Assembly (NCBI GenBank): GCA_000182565.2 | Contig: KQ257467.1 | Length of the DNA stretch: 64,000 nt | From: Spizellomyces punctatus DAOM BR117 | Taxonomy: Eukaryota | Direction: 5' to 3' (one strand) | Shown: in pieces, positions 24,033 to 37,558 of the stretch | How the letters are laid out: the number at the start of each line of letters is the position of its first letter | Numbering within the stretch: position 1 is the stretch's first letter | Made by a program: the position numbers and the translations under genes | The notes under the pieces: model-generated | What the model was told of the DNA's origin: nothing | Database searches by the model: none | What the model saw: only the letters and a program-made list of their open reading frames with translations

Positions 24033-25604
24033 TTACAAAAAATAGGCACCAGAGCTATGTAGTGCCGCTTTCACCACTTTGCATTTGTTGATCAAAATCT
24101 GTGCTGCTTCAACGAACAGTACTTGTGGCGGTAATATACCGGTGGACTCGATGCTGACTGTTGTACGCCGCGTTGTTACGTGAGTAAAGGTTCAAGCGCG
24201 CCAAAGCATTCCATGGACTTACAGATGAAGTGATCACGAACACGAGTTAATCGCACTTTCTTTTCAAATTCAGCATGACGCAGCACCTCTCGGCTAACAG
24301 TATCTTTTCGCGGATTGACTACTTTAGCCTCTGGCTCCCCACTATCGTTCTGCTCGACCTCTACAACGCCTTTAGGGAAGCATTTTTGGAATTTGTAAGC
24401 TGAGTCCCCCGTTATGGGCTCTAGGATCTGAATGTCTGGCAGGAGACGGTATGAAGCCGTAGCTAGTGTTCCAAAGCAAAAGGGCAGGCAGCTTTAAGTA
24501 TATATCCAAACCGACATGTGACAATTGCCGCTTACTGACCAACGGGCGACCACTTTGCATGTTCCTTTCCAATTCCCTTTTGACAGTGCAGCTCCATATC
24601 GATTTCCTACAAAATCATCAGCTCAGAACAAAATTGAGGCTAATGACAGGTCAAAAACAAACCTGTCCCGGCCGTAGCTTCGTAATCAAGATGTCATCTA
24701 TAACCGGACGTATCGGATCATTTTTAAACTTCTCTGCCTGCTCTCCTTGCGGATCCCATTGTAAGTGAGAGGATAGCACTGATCATGACGTGGATATCAC
24801 TCGTTATTACGATATCCCAGAGACCAAGTTCAAGTAATGACAAACGTTCTAACCACTTGAGTTTATGAATTTATCGCTGGGAAGTGCTGCCATCGGTGGT
24901 GCGTTGGGATTTTTGGAACATTGGATTTTCAGCTTCAGTACGACCGTATTGAGATCAGTCGGGGGATCGTCCGCTGAAATGGAGGCAGGACCTCGGTAAA
25001 CAGTACAGTTGAAGCCGACCAATATGGCTACCCACCTCCTCGACGGAAATCGAATAACCGCGGATCAGCCTTAATGGGAATCAAACCCAATCGCTGTGCG
25101 AGGATCTCGTCGTGCATTATAGACGTGTTGTTCATGATGTAAACTTTCTCGATGGCCATCGTCGGTACCTTTATCGCCACCATAAGTCTAGGGAAACATT
25201 CTCCTTCCGCCTAATCATGCTTACTTCGCCAATCAAGATACGACGGAAAGCGTTTGCAATTGCGGCGTCTACGCCGATCATATCAAACTCCATGTCGTTC
25301 TTTCCAATGAAGCCTATAACTATCCGAAAGTTCTGGAACGCCATCAGCGACAAATTTTGATTATGAATAATCTACATGGTTTGAAATAATACCTCCTTGA
25401 ATTTCGTTAGGTCCCAAGACAAATCCTCGTTCGGGAAAGTATGGGGGAAGTCCATTGAGGAAGGCTGTGCGGAAACTCTTTTTTTAAAACTCCACCAGAA
25501 AGCAGCAAGTTTCGAAGATAGCTTACATGGGCTACTCTATCCTTGTGCAGCACCACCCGAGTGCGCATCAGGTTGACAGCGTCCTGGTCATGCACAGCAG
25601 TCAT
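24033..25604 (-). CDS. RPC40: RNA polymerase I/III shared subunit AC40
   Basis: [82 protein letters not shown]. Confidence 0.95.
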
Positions 25605-25785
25605 GGCAGGAAATAATAAATAGAGATCAGTTGGAGGGCGAGCGGGAATGGAAAATGCCCAACTGTTCAACCAAAAACATTTCCAGCCTGGTTGGAGCCA
25701 GTGGCACAGTCGAGTCTGACTTTCACCGCTCTGTGCGAGTTTCTGCCCATCTGCCTTTTGGTTCTCGTTTCCCTTTGCTTCCACC

Positions 25786-27295
25786 ATGTCGGCCGACGGA
25801 CACGTACGTGATGCTTTGTCTGTTGGAGTGTGCCATTTTATTTACACTGTGGTTCTGGTGTTTGCAGCATCATCAGAAAAAGGTCAAGGCATCGGCGGAG
25901 GCTGTCGAGCGGCAGCGAGAGAAAAACCAAAAGAAGATTGCCGAGTACCGTGCCCTATGCGCACAAGTCCAACAGAAGGTAGCGCAGTCGGTCTCGTATT
26001 CTATCAGTGCATAACTTCGGCATTTGGGAACTTCGACAGCGCTAATATAAGTTGGATGGCGTAGCGTAACGACAAATCATATGACGACGAAACATTTCAG
26101 CTCACTACAAAACTACTTTCGATCAATCCGGAATATTACACAATGTGGAATCTTCGCCGCCAGATACTACTGGAGAAGTTCAAAATTGTGTAAGATGTAG
26201 GCGCATCTATACACGAATTACATTTTGGGAAACCAATATGCCCGCGTACAGGGGAGTCGAAAAGAAGGAAGCGCTGTGTTCATCCGAGTTGCGCTTTGCA
26301 CAGGAAGGGCTCAAAGTTAATCCCAAGTCCTATTGGGTGTGGAATCATCGTCGGTGGATATTGGAGAATATGCCGAACCCTCCATGGGACCGAGAATTAC
26401 GATTGCTGGAAGCAATGTTGGATCTAGATGCTAGAAACTGTAGGTCGCATGGTGAAGTGGATACGGGTTTTTCCGGAAAGCTAATGTACGCTTCCGAATC
26501 CTTCTCAGTTCACGGATGGAACTATCGACGTTACGTTGTGGCAAGGTCAAATAAACGAACACCTCAAGAAGAATTTGATTTTACGACAACCAAAATCAAT
26601 CAGAACTTTTCAAATTATTCCGCCTGGCACCATCGTAGCAAGTTTTTGCCGCAAGCTTACATGGTGGAAGAGTTGACAAAGGTCATCGATGATGGTAATC
26701 TTGAGCTCCCCAGTCTGCAGCTATGCCTAAGGGGATATTGACCGCCAAATTGAAACAGAATTTGAACTTGTTCGGAACGCAATATATACGGAACCTGCTG
26801 ATCAAAGTGCTTGGCTTTATCAGCGGTGGCTGCTGAGGTGAGCCCGGTATGTTACGCCATCAGTGATCATTTTTTAATGCCGACACTCTCCATGTAGTCT
26901 CAAAGCGGATGACGAGAAGAGGTGGAAAAATGAATTGCAATCAATCCAGGAACTGGTGGATTTGGAACCGGAGAGTCGATGTATGCTTCATTGTTGCTTT
27001 GCTATCATTGTCTCACGCCCCGAGTGGCTCACCTGATCATGTTGTGTAGGGGCTTTGATAACTCTGGTCCACATTATGGCGAAGCTACAGCTTCAAAAGG
27101 ACGATGCATTGAAAATACTAGAAAAGCTTGAAGCCTTGGACCCATATCGGCGTGAATACTATGTGGATCTAGGTGAGTCTGGCAATGGTTTGAGGTCGAT
27201 ATGCGACATGAATGCTGACGAGCGTTGCCGATGAAGGGAAGCGAATCATGAATCCAACCAACCAACCACATGTGATTCAGGAGGGATCGCAATAG
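25786..27295 (+). CDS. BET4: Rab geranylgeranyltransferase alpha subunit
   Basis: Prenyltransferase alpha repeats NPEYYTMWNLRR, NPKSYWVWNHRRW, DARNFHGWNYRR, NFSNYSAWHHRS, EPADQSAWLYQRW. Last exon end inferred. Confidence 0.9.
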
Positions 27296-27387
27296 AATGT
27301 GCAAGCATCCGGTTCCATTCATAGGAGCTTCGGGTCCCCCCACGTTCCGAACGTGCTGCGGGCGAATGCGGTCGACATGGTCCCTTC

Positions 27388-29756
27388 ATGGCTGCAACAA
27401 CTCGATTGCAGGCGACATCCGCGCACTCTAGTCGTTTGCCCGTAATTGCCGAGGCGACGCTGCTGATTGGGCCTGCATGTTGGGCCACTCTAGCTCTTGC
27501 ATTTCGGAGCCGTCTGTATGAAAGCGGGTGTGCGTGTTCATCGTGATCTCGGCAGAATATATATAGTTATGTATTAATGCAGCTCCGCCAATATCTAGTA
27601 TTTTGTCTTCTGATAGCGGTAGCGCTACTTTGCCTAATATATCGATATCCATATGTAACCCCGCCCTCTCGCACCGGGTGCTACCGGTAGGTTGTTCGAG
27701 GTGACGACGAAACCGTCTTTTACTACTCCTAAGATGCCTGTTGCATTCCAGCCCCGACGCTGAAGCGGGAACGGTGGCTGGACTTATACTCCCACCCTTA
27801 GTTCTGGCAGCTTTGATTCTCCGCCTACCCGATGGAATCATGTTTGGTAGGGCAATTTACTCAACTCGAGTGCTCGTCATTATTTGTTTATCTCTTTGAA
27901 TGGTAGCCTACCTATTACCGTTCCTCCGATTAAGCATATGGTTCAGCCTGCTTGAAGCTCTACCTATTCTTACCCAAGGATGGCGCAAACACTGGATTAT
28001 GCTGTGGGCGATGGGATTCATTGTTCCGACTACGAGGCACAGTGCAGTCTATTATGGCGTTTTCGGTAAGGTCCCTCTGTCCATGCGATCGGTCACTGAT
28101 GCTAATACATTGTTTACTTCTAGTCCAGCCATTTATGTTTCTTCTGGGCCTAGCGACGTTCAGAGGCACTTTGCATCTAGTTCTCACCCGATTTCGACGG
28201 AGCTTCACATTTGGAGAAGCGTTGGTGGTGACACAAACGTTGTCGCTGCTTTTCTTGGACGCTCTTGTTAGCACCTTGACCAAGGTGAAATCAAGCATCA
28301 ACACATAAATACCTCCATCTCGACTAAAAGAATCTCTACCTCAGTTGCATCCGACGCGAGTACCACAGGAGATGAACATCGATCGTAGTGAAACCAATGT
28401 GTTCATGCATGCGCTGCTGTTCGGAATGCTATTGATTGGCGTCCTATTGGTTCCTTTGCTGAGAAAAATACGCGCCATCCGCTATCATGCAAGCCATCAG
28501 CAATTCGTTGCTCTTTCGATTGGATTTTATTGTGCCACCTTGGCGATCGTGCTTTTCTTGATAGCTCCGTGGACGCAGTTGTGTCTCGGAGCTGAACCTT
28601 TTACCTGGTCGGTGTCAGACGGCAAAGAGGGTGGCAACGTGGATAACTCATTAAATGCCTTCCATCACTTAGGGTGGTATACTTTATACTCACTCCTGGC
28701 GCATATCGTCTAGGCCTAATTGGTTATTGGGCACTGATTATCGCTATTGGGGTAACGGTGGCATATCAACACTTCCCAACGAGCACCTCGGATCTCGCGG
28801 TGTTAAACCTCAAACGAAAATACTTCCATGTGCTCGCTACTCTTATGTTTATTCCGGGATATATATTGGATGTACGTCTCGTTTTATGAGCTTGGGCGTC
28901 GGTCGTATTTAAACCGACACGACCTCTCCAGCCAGATTTCATGCATTTAGCATTTTCAGTTGCATTAAGCGCCCTCATTCTGTTGGAATATGTGCGACAC
29001 TATCAAGTCTGGCCCATTGGGAAAGAGGTCAACGAATTTCTGAGTCATTTTCTGGACAAGAGAGATCGCGGTCCGGTCATTTTGTCGCACTTATATCTGC
29101 TCATTGGGTGTGCTCTCCCTGTATGGTTGAACAGGTGACATTCATATTGTCGGTCGCAGGCGCTAATCCACTCAAAGTCAATACTGACGTGTATGCTCCA
29201 TTTCTAGAATACCCCAGGGACATAATTTGGCGGCCGTGAGCGGCATTTTGACTCTCGGCATTGGAGATACAATGGTGAGAATGGAAAGCCTCATCAGTTT
29301 TCCTTCAATAGCAACAGGTTTTTGACATGGCTAATGTCCCATTTTGTGCCGTTCCTAGGCTTCTATACACGGCAAGCGTTTTGGTCGCATTCGATGGCCG
29401 GGGACATCAAAGTCTGTCGAAGGCACAATGGCTTTTGCAATCACTGTCACCGTTACCTGCTGTCTGTTGGCCGGTATAGGTGGCGTGATAGTGGAGGGAG
29501 CCAAGCAGGTAAGTAATCGGACCCATCGAGCTGCAACAGATCCTACTCCTAATGATTCTCTTATACAGTGGTTGTCGGTGCTACTATGCATCCTGTTAAG
29601 CAGTAAGTTCTTCGCATGCCGGCTCAATAGCTTCTTTTTTCCAAATGTGTAACCATGTTTTGCATTCTTGCAGGCTTCCTGGAGGCTTTCTCTGATCAGA
29701 ATGATAATCTTATCATTCCGCTATATAGTTTTGCATTACTTCATTTGTTTGTCTAA
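27388..29756 (+). CDS. SEC59: Dolichol kinase; start may be 27388 or 27577
   Basis: SFTFGEA, KRKYFHVLA, DKRDRGPVILSHLYLLIGCALP, LGIGDTMASIHGKRFG..WPGTSKSVEGT, LEAFSDQNDNLIIP; multiple TM segments. Confidence 0.9.
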
Positions 29757-29925
29757 CTTGCTTTAGTGTGGGGGTATTAAATATTTTTATTATGCGATAA
29801 TGTTAAATTATTCAATTCACAACCATGTGCGATGTGTGTCTTGTGTTCAAGTGCAGGTCGCACGTTCGTGTCACGAACCAGCTATCTGTGCTGGCTGTTC
29901 GGATGGCTTTCGTCCAGCGAATTAC

Positions 29926-31201
29926 TTAAAGCGTCGATGACTGAAGATCTTGAACTATAGCATTTGTCACCGCAGCATCCGTGAGGTTGGCCACTGGCTG
30001 CGTGGTGACGTCCAGTTGACTAAAACGTCGTAACAAATATGCAGGACCGTCATACGTAGATTTCTGGTGCTCTGGCACGTCCTCCATCACTCTTACGTCT
30101 ACTGGCGGCGGGTGACAACGTATAATGATCGTCGGGAATTCGATGACAGTTTTGCCTCTCAATGCATCTCGAAGAGTGTCCTTTGGATTTATTGATAAGT
30201 AAATGGTTTGGTTGGCCTATGTCACATGGCATTAACAACCCGATCATGGCATGCGCGAATGAAAGGTATGCCTACAGGTACGTCGACCATCTTCATGTAG
30301 AAGAGCAAATTCTTCAATCCACGCTCGCAATACGGCTGTATTTGGTATCTTGTGACGGCGTTTCCTTCCTGCCCTTCAACATGTTTTGCGACAAGATCTT
30401 CCACCGTGTCGGTGTCCTTTACCCTAAAATGCACATTTTCAGAACAAGAATCCATAAGTTCCGGGTGATGTGATGACTTCTTATACCTATGATCCACGAT
30501 TGTGACTTTACTCTCCTGAAAGTCCCATTCCACCGTCCAGGAAGTGAACTCACGTCTGAGACAAGGATTTGACAGGTAAGCCTTGTTCGCGTTCGATGTT
30601 GCATTACAAACAATGCCTCAAATATTGATTTTACTTCTGTATGTATATCGACTGATTTTGGTCATGTCTCTTCATTCCAGCGGGCATGAATTTTATCCGT
30701 ATTCCTCGGCTTTTGCACTGCTTCGCCAAAACTCGTTGTCGCACGTTATGCGACTTGGAAGCGGAATGTAAGCGATCATTGTCCCGAGTAGCATTGTCTG
30801 CGGTACGATAAATATCTTCCAGAAAGGTGTAGTCTTCAAAGGATGACGATAAACGAATAGTTCACAACGCATTTAACGATATTACAATTGCCACGCACCA
30901 CTCGTCATGTCATTCGCCGTATAGTCGGCAACTTTGATGAATTGAGTCTTATCCCGTTGCCCAGTACAGCCGCTTTGATCCTTGTGCGATCTGGAGCAAG
31001 CCAAGGAACAGGTTCGGCAGAGACAACCGGGACATTTATACTGAAGAAGGAAAAATGTTCAAAATAAGCGTCATTTTTACATTTCTTGACATTTTTGTTC
31101 CGAACCTTGTATGGATGAGCTTGACATACTTCGCAGAGAGAACTGGCTGTGCGTGCTGTAGGAGATGGCTCTTCCTGGTCATCAGACATGGTTATTGCCA
31201 T
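29926..31201 (-). CDS. BCD1: Box C/D snoRNA biogenesis protein (zf-HIT, ZNHIT6 family)
   Basis: zf-HIT CEVC..KYKCPGC..TCSLACSRSHK..CTG.RD; DYTFLED; MPAGMKRH; WTVEW; RGKTVIEFPT. Confidence 0.88.
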
Positions 31202-31445
31202 ATCACTGAGTTAGTTGACGTTCTGCTCAACTCATCCTGAGCACGTGACTAGTTCTTATTGCCATAGCAACTCGCATGCTCGCCTGACAAAGCGATCAGC
31301 AGCTGGGCTTCTTCCCCATCGACCTGCACCGGCATTCCCCCAATATTAGCGTGCCATTTACAGTTTGCGCCGCTGAAACGTCTTGCACTGGCTTCCTCTA
31401 AGAAGCGTCGAGCACTTTTCTAGGAGATTTTGAAGATCAAGTACC

Positions 31446-32882
31446 ATGTTCAACTCGCCTTATCCACAAGGGAAGGGCGCGATGTCGTTCCGTGGTCAGA
31501 CCCCTTTTGACGGTGAACGGGTGCACTCTCCAGCTTATTTCACCCCGGGGGAGAACTTCTCCTCACCGCGGCGCACACAGAGCCCTTCGAATGGGCACGC
31601 TGGGTCTATGTATGGGAGATCGCAGCAAGGATCGCAACATCAATATCAGCACAACAATCATGGAAACTTGTACGAGAACTTTCATGAGCAGAATGGGTCT
31701 CCGCCGCATCAGTCGGGAATGTATAGCCATTATGAATCACCATATCAACAGCCAAACTCGCACGATGAGCACGAGCTTGCACAGCACCAACCTGGCATGT
31801 ATGCCGAACAGCAGCAGAGACACCAGCCTTCACAGGACGAGGGTCCCAAGTATGTACCATCATTTCTTACAGAAGCACTCTTGGGAAGCCCCAAAAAACG
31901 TCCCTCGCCAAGACTATATCAGGGGCTTCGAGATCGGAGGCGATCGTCGTCAGGAGCAGATGATTCAAGTAATGTGAGCACATCACCTAGACAGGAAGAC
32001 GATTATATACCGAGAATGTCGCTATTTGTGGACGGCGCACGTTGCTACGGGCTTCCGTACACAGGATATGAGGATGCAGATGTCCACTCTGAGCCCACCT
32101 CCTGGGCCGAAAATAGCGTGGGCAGTAAAGGAGCGCGAACAAACTATACCCAAAGAGGACGTGACACAAGTGTTTCCCGATCGCTGCATGAGGAGGGAAC
32201 GATGCTACCGGACACGCCAATGGATATGTCCCCACTGTCGGTCGGGTCGAGGAGCAGCGTGGCGCCAGATACCCCGACGCCCAATCCCCTTGGCAATACG
32301 GTAACCGTATTGGGGAGCCGCGATGTAGATCTATTATTACAGGAGTTTAGCAACCTTGGACGCATTATTAGCCACAAGAAGGGTAGAAACTGGATCGTCA
32401 TTCGATATGCGGATCACAGTGCGGTGCGTGCGGCTCTCCGTCATGACAACACGTTATGGAACGACGAGGTCCTAGCAGTAAAATCTGGCGATACTGTCAA
32501 TGCGTATGGGAGCGGCATCCGTTCTGCGGCACCAAGCCTGTCATCACCCATTGCGATTCCCGGGGCATTTGATTGGGCCACGTCCCCTGATGACGGTTCA
32601 GCCAATCCACCTTCCGAACCTGCTGCGGTACGGACAGAAGAAAACGGTCTGGCCAGTACTGTCAGCAATGATTTTGAGGACAAAAGCAATGGCGTCGCTC
32701 CAGGCGCAGAAGAGAAATATGCATCACCAGCTCCCCGTAAGGACGATATACTGCCTGTCACACCGCCAAAGTACGAATCGTGGCCTCCTGTCTACGATAA
32801 TGCGCATGGAAATCGGATCAAGCCCGGCTATTTTTCGGATGGAGTTTTAGGATATGTTTATGACTTTCTGTTCGGATCCTAG
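31446..32882 (+). CDS. Nup53/Nup35-like nucleoporin (RRM plus C-terminal amphipathic helix), single exon
   Basis: 478-aa ORF; SP/TP-rich disordered N-terminus with YVPSFL; RRM TVTVLG..LLQEFSNLGRI..NWIVIRY..ALRHDN; terminal GVLGYVYDFLFGS like the Nup53 membrane-binding helix. Confidence 0.72.
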   Translation: MFNSPYPQGKGAMSFRGQTPFDGERVHSPAYFTPGENFSSPRRTQSPSNGHAGSMYGRSQQGSQHQYQHNNHGNLYENFHEQNGSPPHQSGMYSHYESPYQQPNSHDEHELAQHQPGMYAEQQQRHQPSQDEGPKYVPSFLTEALLGSPKKRPSPRLYQGLRDRRRSSSGADDSSNVSTSPRQEDDYIPRMSLFVDGARCYGLPYTGYEDADVHSEPTSWAENSVGSKGARTNYTQRGRDTSVSRSLHEEGTMLPDTPMDMSPLSVGSRSSVAPDTPTPNPLGNTVTVLGSRDVDLLLQEFSNLGRIISHKKGRNWIVIRYADHSAVRAALRHDNTLWNDEVLAVKSGDTVNAYGSGIRSAAPSLSSPIAIPGAFDWATSPDDGSANPPSEPAAVRTEENGLASTVSNDFEDKSNGVAPGAEEKYASPAPRKDDILPVTPPKYESWPPVYDNAHGNRIKPGYFSDGVLGYVYDFLFGS

Positions 32883-32982
32883 TATTTGACGAGCGGCCAT
32901 GCTGACTGTATATATCTAACTTACCACGCACCCAGCCCATCTCTACACTTAAAAATGTATACTGCCTGATAAACCTGGGTTT

Positions 32983-34479
<1,497 letters not shown>

Positions 34480-34626
34480 TGTGCAATGAACAGGCAGGGA
34501 TCTGGACGTCAAACTCAATTGACAGCTTGTTTGGCCGCACTTTCCAAACTTTGGGGTTGGATCACGTGCCTGATCTGATTACTTAAGTCTCGTCGTCCAT
34601 AAAACAATTGTTTATTTTCTTTATTT

Positions 34627-37017
34627 TCAGTCTATCATTAATCTTTTCCGCAGTATCTCGCACATAATTCGCTTCCTGAAATATGGCATATGGGTACCAT
34701 CAAAATCGAATGCCCTTTCACGCGCTGTGTATTCCATAAAAAGGCAGGTGAAAACACCACAGTCGTTGCCATTTAATTGCACCGGCACATTCTTTGGTCA
34801 GAAAGCAGGATTAGCGCGCTGTCCTAGTGTGCTGAACCGAGCGCCGGGCGGTGTACCTTAGGAACATGTTCGGTCCATTCGCTGAGATCCACAGTTGTTT
34901 TCTTCTTGTCCTTTGACTCCTGCTCCAAGTAATGTCTCAAGTTCTACATGTAATGAATAATTATATTTTACAGCACTTCTCAAATCATGCATCCCTCACC
35001 TTGAAGATGGACGAGTGTCCTCCATGCAACGAGTCGTAATATTCTAGGCGTTTTCGCTTAAAGTTGATCACGGCACAAGTCCAATGGTTGCCCAAGTGCA
35101 CGGGCATGATGACATAATCCAGTGCAAAGATATCAAACTGCCCGACGATGAGCACATGTTGAAAGGTAGGGTTTTGCCGCTAGAATGATTACCTTCCGTG
35201 TCCATTTGCGCACCAGTCCATAATTTTGCGTCAGATACTTGTAGAAAAACGTGTTGAAGCAGTGTAGCTTAGGATATCGCGCCAGATCTTCCTTTGCCCG
35301 CGTCATGATCAGCTGGCCGTAGAAATTTATAACCTAGGAACAGAATCAGTCTTGCCGCACTGTCGATCCGATTCATCATGAAACCATAGTACCAACCTCA
35401 TCATTGAGCCAATTCCCGTCCAGCAACGTCCGAATATCCGTTTTTGTCATATCAACATTAAAACCGGACACCACAACGGCAGTACCAGGTCCAGGGGCGA
35501 GAGCGCTTTCGATCTAAGAGAACATCAGCACTCAATGATTTCCAAAGAGCACAGAATAACTCTACCTGCATTTCTTGCTCCACAGAGAGAGCAGCAAACG
35601 GCTTTGTTCTTCTTGGGAACGCCTGGATTATAGCGGTCAGACCAAGAGTAGTACAATTGCCACCCATCGCATCACTAACCTCATCCCATTCATCTTCTGC
35701 AAAGTCCTTGAATTCCTGCAACTGCAGACACAGCCAAAGGTATACGGGTGAATTAGAAGCTCGTCCAGCTTTGAAGTCAGAAAGGACTCACATCTCGCTC
35801 AATCTGATTACGTTTGGACACGAGATCGGCATAGACGGGAGTCTCAGGTTTCGTTTCCAGCAATATTCCACTTCTACATACCAGTATCAAGTCATGTTAG
35901 AATATGCTCAAGGATCACTTGCGAGGACTGTAATACCGACAATCGTAAAGCTTCCTTAGCACGCTCGGTTAATGCTTTTAACATACGATCTTTGCCAACA
36001 CGTGGTCCCTGGGAGCCGTTTCGAACCCTAAAAGACAGTCATCAAAACAACCTGCTCTCGTGAGGGGATGCGACTGAGCGGCTTACCTGATCCGCTTGGC
36101 AAAGTTGCGTGAACCTTAAACAACCACGATCGCGTAAAATGAGTCTCATATGTGAGCGTCTACTAAACACCGAGATTAAACTGACCATTTTCACAGGTAT
36201 CTGGCTTAATGGTAGCACCTAAAGTTGAACGTCAGTACAATTTAACCCGGACCACCTTGTGGGGATGTCAACCGTACCAATGATTCTTGCATAGTGTTGG
36301 GGCATAGTGCTTTTGATCAGCTTCAAATGGGCGGCAGCATGGCGCGCTTTACGCTATCCGACATATATGTGAGTGATAGCTGCGATTTTCACAGTATCAC
36401 GACCGTCGGGTACCTGGGAGCGAACCGCCGACCACAAGCGACTTTCCACGGTATCACGACCGTCAGGTGCCTTTCCAGTCTCTGCAAATACATTAGGTGC
36501 CGTGGCTAACGAACAGACGGCATCAAGACTACTTGGTGTTTTTACGGGACTGAAGGTATATTTTTCCCGTCGAACCGCCGACCACAAGCAACCCACATGG
36601 TCGCCCCCTCCCAACAGACCAAAGGTCCAGGAACGTGAAGAGCTGTCAGCTCCCCTACTGAAACTCTTTTCACCTCGAGTACCTCCAAAGGTACACCAAG
36701 ATCTTATGCTAAATTTCGATGGGGGTAGCACGTCGCCGTCAACGTCTGAGTCCCGGCTCCGCTTCGCCCCCATGCGTGAGACGAGTTATACGAACAGGTG
36801 GATTTCCGAGAGCAATGCGCTGGAATATGATGCAACCTGGTAATCTGACAACAACGTTGTATCAGTCAAGAGCTACAAGATGCAAGAAGAAGATCGCCAA
36901 AAAGTCTAGGACGAGGTATTCGAGGTCCGTCCAGCAAACGTTATCCAAAACCCGTGACTCGTGACATTTCGCGCTTCGTTCAGTTCCACCCTGTAGGGCC
37001 CTTTTTCTTTCAACCAT
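34627..37017 (-). CDS. ULP1: SUMO protease, Ulp1/SENP peptidase C48; 5' exons uncertain
   Basis: WLNDE-VINFY, CFNTFFY, VRKWT, PVHLGNHW (His), YYDSL (Asp), QLNGNDCGVF (Gln/Cys), MPYFRKRIMCEI. Confidence 0.9.
36395..36589. repeat. Short internal duplications in the ULP1 N-terminal region
   Basis: TATCACGACCGTC at 36395 and 36452 (57-nt offset); CGAACCGCCGACCACAAGC at 36421 and 36571 (150-nt offset). Confidence 0.8.
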
Positions 37018-37558
37018 TTTGCACTGATTGAAGACGAGGATGCTGTAAGAACAATCGGAAACAATGGCTGAACATTCTTTTGTTAGCCCAGTGCTGTATT
37101 GATACCGGGCGAGCTCTGGGAGTCGTCACAACCAACACGTACGGAAAGACGCACAGAACCAATTGGTCGCGGCTCACTGAGACGGCTTTTCCCTAATGTC
37201 ACAACAATTGATATGGTGCAATCGACCACGTTTGGTCGGCGCGCTGTGGAAAGGAACTCGCAACGAATCGAGGAATGTATAAAAGGATTTCATTTACAGC
37301 GTTTGCCCGCGGCACTTGTCCCTTATCCCAGGTTCAGCGTGCTCCTAGTTTATTGAGACCGAATGATCACCTTGGCCATCTATAGAGTATCAGGAACACC
37401 ATATCTGTGCATGGCGTGCAGTTTCTGCATAATTATGAGTCTCGCTAGCTGAAATTGAGACCAAGAGTATGTTTCTTCCTATTTTATTGATTCCCACGAG
37501 CACTGCTATCTCTTGGAAGATTGAGAAATCAAATGAAAAAAAAAAAAACAAATAAAAA

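Noticed and set aside
27295-27388. BET4 and SEC59 only about 90 nt apart, possibly bicistronic
   Set aside because: The SEC59 start is uncertain (27577 also fits) and the BET4 last exon is inferred.
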